Part shown: positions 12,771 to 25,230 of the stretch, piece after piece
Position numbering within the stretch: position 1 is the first letter of the stretch
Layout: every line of letters begins with the position of its first letter
Origin: Lama glama
Taxonomy: Eukaryota
Assembly (NCBI GenBank): GCA_028534125.1
Contig: CM052817.1
Location: 66,280,001 to 66,344,000 of the forward strand
Length of the DNA stretch: 64,000 nucleotides
Reading direction: 5' to 3'
Translations under genes and position numbers: made by a program
The notes under the pieces: model-generated
What the model was told of the DNA's origin: nothing
Databases searched by the model: none
The model's input: only the letters and a program-made list of their open reading frames with translations

Positions 12771-14667
12771 TCACTCTTATATGGCCCAGCCCTGTCTGCT
12801 CTTCTCCATCTCTCTAAATCCTGTCTACTCTTCCATTTCTTTCTGGATAGGTCATTCCCGCCTTTATAATAAAGCCTTTCCTGTTTGGGATTAAGTTTCC
12901 TCTCCCATTGTCTTAATAGATGCTCCAATGATGATATTAGATACTTAATGTAGTAATAATACTTTATATGTTGCTTTATTTAAAGAAGTATATATTATCG
13001 TTTCTATTTGACAAATAACAAAACTGAGAAATAGTGCAGTAAAGTTGCTTGAGCAAAGTCGCATTAGAAGGAAGGGGCAGAATGGTAATTTCAGTTCAAC
13101 CAATGCTATATCCTTTTCCAAAGCCAAAGAGACAGAATGTTGAATGGGCCAGGCTATTTCTCTTACTAATGTGTGACAAGCTACAGGAAGTAAGATATAA
13201 GCTGGAGGAGACTGATCAGTTTGTAGGCAGAAATGACGGGAAATGGGGAAGACCCAGGACTTGCTGGGTTGAAATATAAACCACCTCTCATCCCCAGTCT
13301 CCCAGCTGCTAAAAAATTCTCAATCAAATGAGGCCTGTGGATAAAGCAAATTGTGGATGTGGCTATGCAACCCTTTGCTAAAGGGAATGGCTAAGCCAGT
13401 GCCTAATATATTCTCTTATCTGGAAAAAAGGAGTGTCTAAGAATCTTAAAAGTAGCCACCAACACACACTAAGGTAGAAATTTGGGAGCCATCAGCAGGT
13501 AGATAGAATGTCAAGCCACAGGACTGGATGAGATACACAGGGGAAACAATTGTGGAATCAAGGAATAAGAGGAATGAACACAACGTGTTACAGCACTTGG
13601 GATTTGATAGTAAGCAGGTAAATAGAAGATGACAACCAGTTTTGACTTGCCATTGAGGTTTCAGAGGTGCTACTCTAGTTCTGGATGATGACAATGAAAA
13701 TCTGTGGCAAAGGAGAAGTTAGAGGAAAACATGGGTGGGCGCAAGAAGCCATGAGGCTTGATTCCTTCTTTGAGGCAGTTGACGACACCAAGAACAAAAG
13801 CAGATTTGGGGGGAATCCCACGCTCTTCTGTTTTCATCCCTTGTTATTTCAAGATTCAGCTGTTTTGCTTTTTCTCTTCTCACTGTCTTAGATTCTGTAG
13901 AGAAATAGAATAGATTCTAGAAAAAAGCAAGTTCCTACACTATGTCAACCCATAATGAGTTATTTTGAAAGAAAATAAGCCCAAAGGAGATAGTGATGGG
14001 AGAGACATGAGCTGAGGAAGGCAGGTGGCAGATCTCTCACTCCATCAAGTAACCCCTTAGAGTGAGCTCTTCCAGAGAAGGGGGAATCTGAAAGCAATGC
14101 TGGAAAATATCAGCAAGTGGTTTTCTATATGGGACCATATTCTCTCTGCCTGATGCACTTTTTTTTTTTAGACTTAGCATATTCTCCAGAAACAATGGTA
14201 TAAACTAAAAAGGGAAGTAGAATAAGATATTGTCTATTCAGCTCTTTTTCTGTTGCTAGAGAAAAAGTTTTTCTGGGGTCACTGAGAATTCATGTTTCCC
14301 ACTGTGGTCATTTAAATTCAGTAGCAGAGCAGTTCAGGTAGCTGTGTATCTGTGACACAGTTCTGTACTTAAAATTCTGTGATTCTATATCTTTATGCTG
14401 AATAGACATTTAAAAATAATCTGAAAATAATAATTATGTGAGAAGATCCATTTTTAACATCTCCTAATTTCAAAGATTTCCACAGAATTACTCCATTTAT
14501 TGAGAAAATACAAAGATGTATTATATGTACATTTAGTAATATATTTATATATTATTATTAATAATACATATATATTTAATTCAAGTACTTTTATTTACCT
14601 GATGTAAAATATTTGCCAATTATTTGGATTTGAAGAGCCCTCATGGTTGTCCAGGGAAATTTGGACC

Positions 14668-15219
14668 TTCAAAGAAAAATTACGCAGGACAAAATTAAAC
14701 AGATAAGTTAAGACTTTATTCAAGCTTATTGCAAAAGGGAAGATACTGAACTCCAGTCTGCTGAAACAAAAGGCAGGAGGGATTTTAGGAGTTGGGGTGA
14801 GTTTATAGAAAAGTACTGATGATGTTGGGAGAGGCTGATACGTTATGTGCTGAGCACTTTGAATGATTCCTGAGTTTGCAAGAGTTTTTCTCTATGATTG
14901 GGCTATCTGTACTTGCTAATGAGTGTCACAGGAGGCTCCTGCCCTCCCACAGAGACTGGGAGATGGGGTGCTGTCTTCCCTGATGATTATATTTCAAAGA
15001 GATGGCTGTAGGTCCTTGAGAAAGACATTCCTGGGTTGTAAAACTGGCAAGAGGCTGGGTGAAAATTTATATACATTTCAAAGGGGCAGAGAAAGAATTT
15101 TCAGCTACAGATTTTCTAAAGTAAATCATCTAAGAAAGTGAGATCAAAGGCCTATCATCAAGAAGAAGCCTATCCAAAGTTTAGTCAGGCTAAGGCGAAC
15201 TTTGAGGTCATCTTGGTCA
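14668..15219 (-). mobile_element. Solo ERV1 LTR (MER67/MER31-group-like)
   Basis: Minus strand starts TGACCAAGA...CCTGACTAAACTTT; 4-bp TSD remnant gacc/gtcc. Confidence 0.75.
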
Positions 15220-15369
15220 GTCCCCTGGTTGGAAAACACCAATTTCAAAACTGCTTAAAAGAAGCCAACTGGACCAGAACCAAAAGTTCTGAGTGTTAAC
15301 CCTGGCTTTTCCACAGTTGGCTATAACTCTTGGACAGATCACTTAACTTCTCTATCATTAAAACAAACC

Positions 15370-15636
15370 TTGTTTTGTGTGTGTGTCTGTGTGTGTGTGT
15401 GTCTGTGTGTGTGTGTCTGTGCTTCTGTGTGTTTAGGATCTACTCTTGGGGAACTTCAAGTATGCAATACAATACTGTTAACTATTTTTCATTATGTTAA
15501 CATTGCTGTACATTGGATCACTAGAACTGACTCATCTTGCATAACTGAAACTTTGTACCCCTGGCCTGTCATCTCTCCAGTTCACTACCTGTAGTGATAG
15601 ATGTGTTGATTAGCTTTATTGTGGCCATTATTTCAC

Positions 15637-15672
<36 letters not shown>

Positions 15673-15760
15673 TAATCAAAACACCAAGTCATATACCTTA
15701 AAAATATACAATTTTTATTTGTCAATTTTATCTCAATAAGGTTGAGAAAAAAGAAAAAAC
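15370..15760. mobile_element. L1MA-type 3' end with inverted 5' segment; contains (TG)n and (TA)n microsatellites
   Basis: 15370-15580 is antisense and 15592-15760 is sense; the two segments are adjacent in the L1MA 3' UTR consensus; ends 'ctcaataaggttgagaaaaaag'. Confidence 0.75.
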
Positions 15761-16496
15761 CCCAAACATCAAATTTAGGCACTGAAATATGAGGCAGTTG
15801 AAGGTCTTGGCTGGATGTCTATGCACTAGTCCCAGCTCTACCACTAAAGAAGATGTTGGATAAAATAAAGTAGCTGATCTAATGCCAGTTATGTTTGCAT
15901 GTGGGGATTTTGCTAGCCATTTTTCAGAATTCACTCCATTAACTTTTATAGCCTTCTCTGTATGGGATGACTCCCTCTTCTAATTTTACTGGCCATAGTC
16001 TATTTGTGACTTTGGTAGTGGTCACCTAGGACATAGGATGTTACCCTGATAATTTTATTGATCTCCTTTGCCTCCCTGCTTATGTCTTCTTCTATATCAA
16101 TTAAGTCCATCTCCCAGGATGCTCAAATCTCATTCCTCAGTTTAGAGTTATTTGTGAAGACATGGCCTCAAACTTTAGATGAACATACAATCACCTACAA
16201 TTTCATTTTTCTATAATTTATAATAATTTATAATTTATAAAGTTTTCTACATCATGATGAATGTAAAACAATCACTCATTTCTTTGTTGAACATTATGTG
16301 AATGAGTAGAATCTTTGGGGCTCTAACAATTCTTTCTACACCTCATGGGTAATGTGCACAAATTTATTGCCTACTCAGTTCTCCTACCTAAGTCTTCTTG
16401 AGGCTCTGCCTTTAAAAAATTTCCCCTTAATCTTGTCCAATTTGCTTCTCAGTTTTGACTTTAAACGGAAGAAACCAAAACAAGTTTTTGTATGGC

Positions 16497-16497
<1 letters not shown>

Positions 16498-16532
<35 letters not shown>
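16498..16532. repeat. (ATA)n microsatellite
   Basis: Visible run. Confidence 0.95.
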
Positions 16533-16534
<2 letters not shown>

Positions 16535-18894
16535 AGAGGTCATAGAAGAGATTAATTTTTCAGTGTAGAGATGGAATGGCTTGTTGTATATAGAGAAAAG
16601 GCGACATTGAAAAGGCTTAGTGTTTCTGCTTTGTGTGACACACTTCTGAGGAAGTTGACCTCATTCCCTCCAAGTGGTCAGCACTGGTCAGCATCACTGA
16701 GATGAAGACAAGTGCTCAGTGGTGACTAGCCCCATCCATCGTTCTGTATTTCTCCCTCTTCTCCCCTCGCTTCTCCTTTCGTCATTCCTCTCTTCTACCT
16801 CCTCCTCCTCCTTTTTCTTCTTCTCTCATTTTCCTATACTTGTCTTTTTTTTCCACTCAAGGTTTATTTGGGGTTTTAGTTGGTATGACCCTTGAATACT
16901 TGGTTGCATTGTTTTTATGTACCTTTTTTGTTGTGCATTATGTGGCAATGTACATGATACTCAGAGTACATTTAATAAGATCCTTTAAAACAGTTATGCA
17001 CAGAACGTGCAATATTGAATGTCTCTCTCTCTGTTTCTCCCACATACGTATATCTCATACTAGCATTTTAGAAATTTTAGAGCAGGAGGAGTGCTAAGAT
17101 AAGCACTTGCTGAATAACATCCTCTTTTATTTGATGCTTGAAATTCTATTAGAAAATTACTCTTCCATGTTGGGCAGTTTTTACTCCAAGTTCTTCCTTT
17201 AAACTATCTTAAAATTTTATGCATTATTATGAGAAAAATAACCAAAATTAGCTAAGTTACTGCCATGCTGAGACAAGAAATGCTGTCTCTGTCAATAAGC
17301 GAATTAAATCTGTGATTAACTGTGTATTAATGGATTATAGTTTCTTTCTTGAGATGCTTCCAGGAGATAGAAGTCTGTCCTACGTGATTGTGAACATTTC
17401 TTATGATGATGATATTGAATGTTTACTGCTTTCAAATAAATCAATATCTTCTTTAGATTTGGGGGAGGGGACCATTTTCTTGGTTTGCTAACTTCAAGAA
17501 GACATGAAATACCTTGGGTTTGTTTTTCAAGGATAGTTGAGTGTTCTACTTTATAACTAAAATTGATCAAACTTAACTATGGCACCCATCGCCAACATGA
17601 CAACTTGTAAAAATTAGAGAAGGGAAAGGTGCCTTTCACACTATCAGTATATCCTCCTTTTATAGAGTTACCTATGGCATTTTATATACTTCCTAGGAAC
17701 ATATTATTATATCATAAATATCTCCTTGGATTACCTGAAATATACGTTAACTATGTGATCAACTCCAAACAGTTGTCATGGAGCACTAGTGATGAATAGG
17801 AAAATGAAAAAACATTTTATTCTATCTTTGATACAGACAGTACAGTTAGAAAAAACAAAGAATTCGTTATAAGTCCTGACAGCCAGAAATATTTTGCAAA
17901 GACTTTTACTAGATTGCATTCTAATCCTTTATACAAAGGCAGTCAGATTCTTTTTATAACATAGAGTATATTTATATTTACTTCTTACCTATGTTTTCCA
18001 AACATATCGAATATATCAGCTTAGTATCTCCCTCCAGAAAGTTATAACCCATCTTATTAAAGATGAAAAATATTTTTGTATTCACTGTGATTAGGTGTAG
18101 CTGTATTTTTCGGCTCAAAGGAATTCTATTTCATAACAAATCACAGGGTGACGTAGTTTCATGTTCTGCGGAATTTTGATCTCTTGTTATCATTTACAGC
18201 TATTTTTGGTGTTGCCTAAGGCAAACTTGTTGCCTTGGTAGCACAAAAAATGTACTCTCGTATTCTAGGCCAGAAAAGCTGAAATCCTTTTAGCTTTATA
18301 CCATGCCTGTTTCAGTGAGTGTCTCGGGATGAAGATGGCAGATACAGAGCTTTCATGCTCCCATTCCCCATTTCTATAACTATCAAGACATAGTTCATCA
18401 GCCAGGGCAGTCTATTCCAGAGAGCAAGGCAAAGGATTGTTATTCTTTTTGATATAATTTTTCAGGCAACTATCTCCTATCCTGCAGCATTACATATAAG
18501 ATGAAGCCCACCAGCTTTCCCTTTTCTAGATGTTTTATGAAGAAATTATTTAGAAATAAAATCTTAAAAGAAGCATGACCTATTAGTTTCCTGACTTACA
18601 ACTAGTCATTTATATGGAACATTTAAATAAGAGATTATTTAGAAATGAAAGCTTCTTTTAAAGTATGCAGTAGACTGACAGCATAAAAGTGTTATTGAAA
18701 CACTTAATTTTATAACCATATTGTATGGAATATGCTGAAAATTGGATGTCCCTAACTTTCTGTATTTCTCTATGGCTCAGAATTGATTGATTAATTTTTT
18801 TCCCTTCTAACTTTTTACGATAGTGAAATTTAAAAAAAAATTATACTGTAATTTTTAAAAAAGTTTATTTAAAGTTGGATAAGGTAGGAATGAT

Positions 18895-20820
18895 TAGATT
18901 CACTTACTTATTCCACAAATATTTATTGAATGCCTATTAAGTGTCAGTCACTGTTCTCAGTTCTCAAGGTAAATTGGGAACAGAAAAGTCAAAGTTCTGC
19001 TCCTACAGAGGGAGGATGTGGACAGACAGAAATGTATAGACAAACATTCATACATGAGTTATATACAGAGTACATAGATTGGATGGTTTGCTGGGTGCCT
19101 AACTTAGATTAGTGGGTGAGGGGTGGCTTCTCAAAGAAGCTGATGTTTTACCAGAAACATGAATTACACAAAGGAGTCAGTTTTGTGAAGGTGGGGACGG
19201 GAAGAACATTCCATGCAGGCAGAGCTAACTACAGAATTTGCAAGTCTAGTGCAAAAAGAAAATGTGGGGTCCTTTCTTCTAAAAGTAGAAAAAAAGTACC
19301 ATGAAAAGGTACTAAAATGTAAAACTTTCTCATTTCTTCTATGATCTTTGTCTCTGCTTGACCTGGTGTTTTCTATTATGTTAATATTATAAATGTTATT
19401 TTAAGCAAGGAAGACTAAAATTTCAAATTATTAGCATGAACATTACCATTCATCTTTATATTGTGCAGTGCTAGTTTTAAATGCAAAAATAAGAGCATTT
19501 AACTCATAGGTGGCAACACCGAAATCACACACTTAAATTATCATAGCTTGTACATACATATTTATTTCATTCTTGCCAGAAACATTGTAAGGAGTTGATT
19601 CAACTTTTTTCATTTCATTTCTCCATAGGCACACATTCTGTCAACACTCTCTACCTTGAGCTTACTTACGAGTAAGGAAGGACTAAATGAGAATGAGAGA
19701 ATGAACTCTGGTTGCCCTATCTTTCTCTTTCTGTATCAGCACTTTCAGTGTAGGTGCTTAACTAATATTGGGAAGTTACGTGAACAAGAAAGGTATGTTA
19801 GGGCCCTTTGATCATTCAGGTTTCTTAGAACACCATTGCTTCCTTTCTATACTTGAAGCGAGTTCTGGTTCTCAGTAGAAGATGTGGCCTCTCAGTGCTG
19901 CCGGTGCACCTGCATACTCAGTTCTGGATGTAGATGCTTACTTTGTACTCACTCTGAGTCATGACAAGCTCCTACACATTGTGGGTCCACCAGAATTCTT
20001 TGCTCATGGGGCATTGCAAACACCATATGCAGATGAGGTGGTAATGAATGATGGAAATGTTGCATGTATTTTCTCTGCTCACCCACGTGCTCCATTGTTC
20101 CAGTGGATTTCACTTATAAAACACAAGTTAAAAGATGAAATTACTAAAAAAAATTGAATTGGCAACAGCAGAGCCTGAAAAGAAGTGTGGGGCCCTTGTG
20201 GATACCAGGGCTCTGTGTGACTGCATGAAGCTGGCTCTCTAGGCAGAGCAAGAATTAGCTGTAAGGGCCTTAAAGCAGAAATAATCTGGCACTTTTTGGA
20301 ATGAGAAAGAAGGCATTTGAAGCTTGGTTAGGGTGTGGGGAGGAGAATGGAGATGAGGTCAGGGAGGAAGGAAGGAACGAACAGATGACATAGGACTTTG
20401 AAGGCCATGCTGAGAAGTCTGATCTTTATTCTAATTTTGACGGGAAGCTATTGAAATGTTATAAACTAAGAGCAGCATGATCTGATTTACATTTTTAAAG
20501 TATCACTCTCATGTGGAAGATGAACTCGAGTGTGTGGTGGTTTGAATTATTTTGGAAATAGTGTAGAAGGAGAGAGGTGCAAGATTCAGGGTACATTTTA
20601 GAAGTTGAATGGACATGGTTGGACTGTTGCATAGTGTAAGACAAAGAAAGCAAAAAGAGATAATTAGGGACTTTTTTTCTCCTTGCTCAATGAGGTGAGG
20701 AGAACTCATGCTCGGGCAGGTTTGGTCATGGAGACAAAAAAATCAGTATTTCTCTTTTGGCCAGGGTGAGTCTGGGTTGCCTGCTAAGCCCCTAAGTGAT
20801 TTTGCCAAGTTGGCTATTTA
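18895..20820 (-). mobile_element. L2 LINE interrupted by a MER45 element
   Basis: Antisense L2 3' end 'ttccacaaatatttattgaatgcctatt'; L2 resumes after 20240. Confidence 0.7.
19220..20239 (-). mobile_element. hAT-Tip100 non-autonomous DNA transposon (MER45B-like), near full length
   Basis: Both MER45 termini recognisable ('cagagctaactacagaatttgc...gtgcaaaaagaaaatgtggggtcc' and 'cagggctctgtgtgactgcatgaagctggctct'); internal 'actcataggtggcaacaccgaaatcac'. Confidence 0.75.
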
Positions 20821-23379
20821 GAATTAAAGGCCTCGCAGTGGATGAATAAATAAAAGTAAATTACAACAACATATAGAGCAAACTTATGGAGAATTATAGG
20901 TCATTTACCATGGTTCTCTGTGTGAGAGGTGCCTGGCTTTTCCTCAGATCCTCGGTTTCAGTGCATAAACTAAGGAGATCACAAATAAGACCTTTCTTTT
21001 CTTCGCTCCTCTATATGATGGGTCACTGTGCTTTGCTAGGAAGGTCTGTAGGTTCATCCATTAAAGAAGAAACAAAATCTTATTAGTAGCAGGTTATAAA
21101 GATACTTGGATTCATGAGGGTGGTGTACAGTTTTATTTTAATAATTACTAGCAGCTCATATATTAATCCAACAGATATAGCTTCAGATGAGATTTGAGAG
21201 GTCCTTTACTTTTGTTGGGCTTCTCTATTCTTTCCATTTTATTTGTCTGCTCTTTGGATCTCATTTAAGTGATCTGAGTCAATGGGTTCAAGCTGACCCT
21301 GGGAGGTAACGTTCAGAAGACTAGTATCCTGACTTCATCTTTAGCTCCTTGTGTATGGTTACTCGTGCTTAGTGAGAGTTTGCTTGGACGATTTGGAATC
21401 CTCAGGAGTGACTTCTAGAGCAGTAACGTACACTTCTTTTATTAGGAACCATCACTTCTCATCTGACAGGATCTATGAAATCTTAGGCAAAAACACTCTT
21501 TGTTACCACAAGTGAAGATGTGACAGAATGTTGGGGTGATGGGGAAGAGCACCCTGTTACACCCCAAATAGCTACCACAGTTATTGACCATCCAGTATAT
21601 ACTAGCAGTTTCTACATGATGTTTTTAAAACTTACCACATTTGCTCAGGATAAATCATTTATTTCTCATTTTACAGCTGTGATCAAGTTCAAATAGCTAG
21701 TAAATTTGTGTTTTGGAAAGCAAATTCGTATTGTCAAGTGACAAAATCTATGTTCTTTCCGTGATACAACACTGATTCTCCAAAGAAAAACTTATCATTT
21801 GAAAGTGTTCTTTTAAAATCCCAAAGATCCTCTTGCTTTTGAGTTCAAACTAGAATCACTGGAGTGTTACTTTCATAGACTAATTCAGTATCTAATTTTA
21901 TAGGTGAGAAAAACCAGAGCACAGAGAGGTTAGCTGACCTGCCCAATATCACACAATAAAAACATTTAATTATAGTAGCTTAGTAGTGTTATATACTAAT
22001 TATTTAAAAAGATTTGCAGTTTGTCCTGGTTAACCAGCTGTGAAGTGTCTCAGCGATATAAGAAGGGAACAGAAGTTAAGCTTAACTTTTCCCTAAGCCC
22101 CTGTGTAAAATACAAAGATTTCACTTTGCATAGTTTAGAGGAATCCTGATATGAAAATGCAATCATTGACAGGACTAGATTTTGCCGTCTTCTACTTAGC
22201 CTGATTTTACAGCTTATGATGAATACAGTTTGGTCTTATTATTTATGAAAATTGGTTCAAATGTAGCCTCATTATGTTTGTTCTCAAATGGAAGCAAACA
22301 TCAGAAATTATGCATCCAACATGCAAAAGGCATTTTCTTTTTGAACACAAAACAAGAAAAGGAGACCATAGAACTCTCCTGTAACACAAATTAAACTGAT
22401 ACTATTTACTTGGGACCATCGCAGAATCCACAGGGATTTGCATATTCTTTAGCACTGGCAATTAGGTATAATGTTAGCCACTGGATGAATGAGGCTAGAA
22501 AGGAGGGTTTTTCAGATGTTATACAGCTGGGAATAAAATTAGAATCTGCTTCATTAAGGAAAGTCATTAAAAAAAATTACCCTCTCATTTTTTTCAGTGT
22601 TTTCAAAGATTTCTGAGACCTAGATAAGTTGTGAACTCTATTTCAAAGATTTGTAATAGTTAGATGTAAACTCTACAGGATGGAGACTACTTCGTTAGAA
22701 AATTAGGAGGAAGAGGCAATATTTTGCAGCATTATGAAATTCATCCAGGACCAAAGTGGCCTGATGCAGCTAAGCATAATACAGTTTTAGTGGCTCATGT
22801 GAAATATAGTGCTAATTTGTCCAGATCTTAATTGGAAGAATCCACTCCTCTGAGAGAAATGATTCTGTTCAAGCCAGAATGCAAGACGTAGATGGAACAG
22901 CAAGTAATGATGCCTATTCTCTATGCCAAGAGATTTGCATGAAGACCAAAGAGTAAGTAAAAAATTGGAAGAGAAAAATGTGCTCACACTGCACTCTTCA
23001 GTGAATAAAAGTAATACATCTACTTCCATAAGGAGAGCTGTGCATGAAGTAGTTGAGACCCCCACTGAGAGTCTGTAAGTAAGCAGTTAGCCAACAGACA
23101 TATCACAAGAATCTGTGTGTTCACAATAGGCCCAGGGGGTTACAGTGGTCCACATATGTTTCCTACCTTCAGGGATGCCCAGTGTACTCACAAGTAAAAG
23201 ATGCTACACTGATAAGCTGTAAAAGGCTTTTCGATGGTATGACCAACATATCCAGTAATATTTCCCCACTAAATTCCAAATGCAATTTAAAGAGCCACTT
23301 TGTATTCAGCTCTGTAATCTCCAGTGGTTGCTTTTTTGGAAAATGCTCCAGTGAATGTCCAGAGCACATTGTGTGGGTG

Positions 23380-23690
23380 TCATAGCTGTGTGGTTGGGGC
23401 AAAGACTTCATCTCTCTGTGCTTCACACATGTAAAATGGGGATAATAAGAGTACTTCCCTATACTGTTGTGAGACTGAAAAACAGGTACGTACAAAAAAT
23501 GCTTAGCCTGGGGGAAGGAATAGCTCAAGTGGTAAAGTGCATGCTTAGCATGCAGAAGGTCCTGGGTTCAATCCCCAGTACCTCCATTAAAAAAACAAAC
23601 AAACAAGCCTAATTACCTCCCCCAAACAAATAAAAAAAAATCTTAGCCTGGACATAATACATCCTCAGTCAATATTAGTTGTTACCATCA
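23380..23690 (+). mobile_element. MIR interrupted by a SINE
   Basis: 'tgtaaaatggggataataagagtacttccc...' continues after 23641. Confidence 0.7.
23511..23640 (+). mobile_element. tRNA-Ala(AGC)-derived SINE (camelid Vic-1-like)
   Basis: A box TAGCTCAAGTGG, B box GGTTCAATCC, loop TTAGCAT, A-rich tail, TSD aaaaat(g)cttagcctgg. Confidence 0.92.
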
Positions 23691-23717
23691 TCATCACCAC
23701 CACCACCACAAGTACCA
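23685..23717. repeat. Compound (CAT/CAC)n microsatellite
   Basis: Visible run. Confidence 0.85.
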
Positions 23718-23929
23718 CCACCACCACCATCATCATCTAGTGAACCTTCCAAGGACATTTTGTTAATGGCTAGAGTTGAATGGGCATAAAAATATAATTT
23801 TCTCCTTTTTTTTATAGCAGCATTTCTTCTGGGGATAACTGTGACACTGTGTTTTAATATCTTAAAAGGGAGCCCCAGGACCTATCTTTGCAAATGCATT
23901 CACTCCAAATTAAAAAAAAAAATCTGTTT

Positions 23930-25230
23930 ATAACTCAGTTCAGTAAGTAATCATTGAGTGTGAGTATATGTTAGGTATAGTGTTAGGCATGGGCATGTGA
24001 AGATAAAATGTAGCCCACTCTCAAAGACTTTAGAGTATAGATGAAGATTCCAACAAGTAAAGACATTCAGTAGCTGGTGTTCAGCACTGTGATAGAGCCA
24101 TCACAGGAGCTATGGAGCAGATTGGAAGGAGGCCTGTCCCAGTCTGGAGGGGAAGGGGAACATCTGTGAAGTCTTCTTGGAAGAATTATGCATGAGTTGA
24201 GTCCTCAAACATGAGTTATATTTAGATGAAGAAGGGGCTTGTAAGAACAAAGCAGGGAGGCTTGCGTGGGTATCGTGCTTGGAGGGAACTATAAGTAGTT
24301 TTGAGTGTCTGTACTAAAGTATGGTGTGGCAAACTTAGAAGGAAAGGCACTATAAATGTAAGCAAGTTCTAGGTCATTAAAGATCTTCGATCAGACTGGA
24401 AAGGGCTGGCCTGGATTCGATGATTGATGAGGCTCACCATTCAGATCATGTTCACATTTGCTTTTACTTCAGCTTGCTACCAGTATCAGCAAATGACTCA
24501 TGCAAAGAGTACAAGAGATGAGGAAACAAGTGAGTAACTAGCTTCTGGTCCCAGACCTATGCAAAATTGATGGGCAGTGTGAGTTATGGAGTAAAATATC
24601 AGAGTAACAAAGAAATTATGCAGGCTGCTAGCTTTTATCACATTGGGCTGGAGAGGAGATGAAGTCACCACTCAAGGGTTTATTTGCTCCCATATAAAGC
24701 AGTCCTAGCTGAAACCTGATTACATTCTTTAGGTTTCCATTTCTTACTAAGTTATCAGAATTAAAGAAAGACTGGCCACAGCCTAGCACAGCCTTCTGTG
24801 CCAAGTCAAGGAATTTGGACTTGATCTAAAAAGTAATTTGGAGTAATCAACATTTTGAGGTATAAAAGCAAGATGATTCCTTACATGTTGGAAATCACCC
24901 CAGCATCAGCATGTTTTCCAGATACCATTCTAATGTACAGAAGGTTATGAGAGAAAGATGCTGAAGACTACAAGCACAGTGGGAAGACTTGCCCGAGTAT
25001 AAGCAAGAAAAAATGAGAACCTGAACTAGGTCAGCTGCAGGGGGTGTGGACTGTAGATGATCCTGAGAATGACACTTATGAGACAAATTCTCAGGACTCA
25101 TGACTGATGGATTATACAGAGAGCAAAAGATAAATGGCAGGTTTTATGTACTTTGGCTTATTTCTGAGCTTTGGAATATACCGGAAATTCCAATCCCAGT
25201 TGGCTTAATCATTTGGGATCAGGTCTATCT
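23930..25230 (-). mobile_element. L2 fragments (discontinuous)
   Basis: 'ttcagtaagtaatcattgagtg...', 'aggaatttggacttgatctaaaaagtaat'. Confidence 0.55.

Noticed and set aside
17989..18052. Possible minus-strand 64-nt exon (aag|ATGGGTTAT...CATAG|gtaaga)
   Set aside because: Weak AAG acceptor, unrecognised peptide, no supporting partner exons
23511..23586. tRNA-Ala gene
   Set aside because: A-rich tail, TSD and related dispersed copies identify it as a SINE
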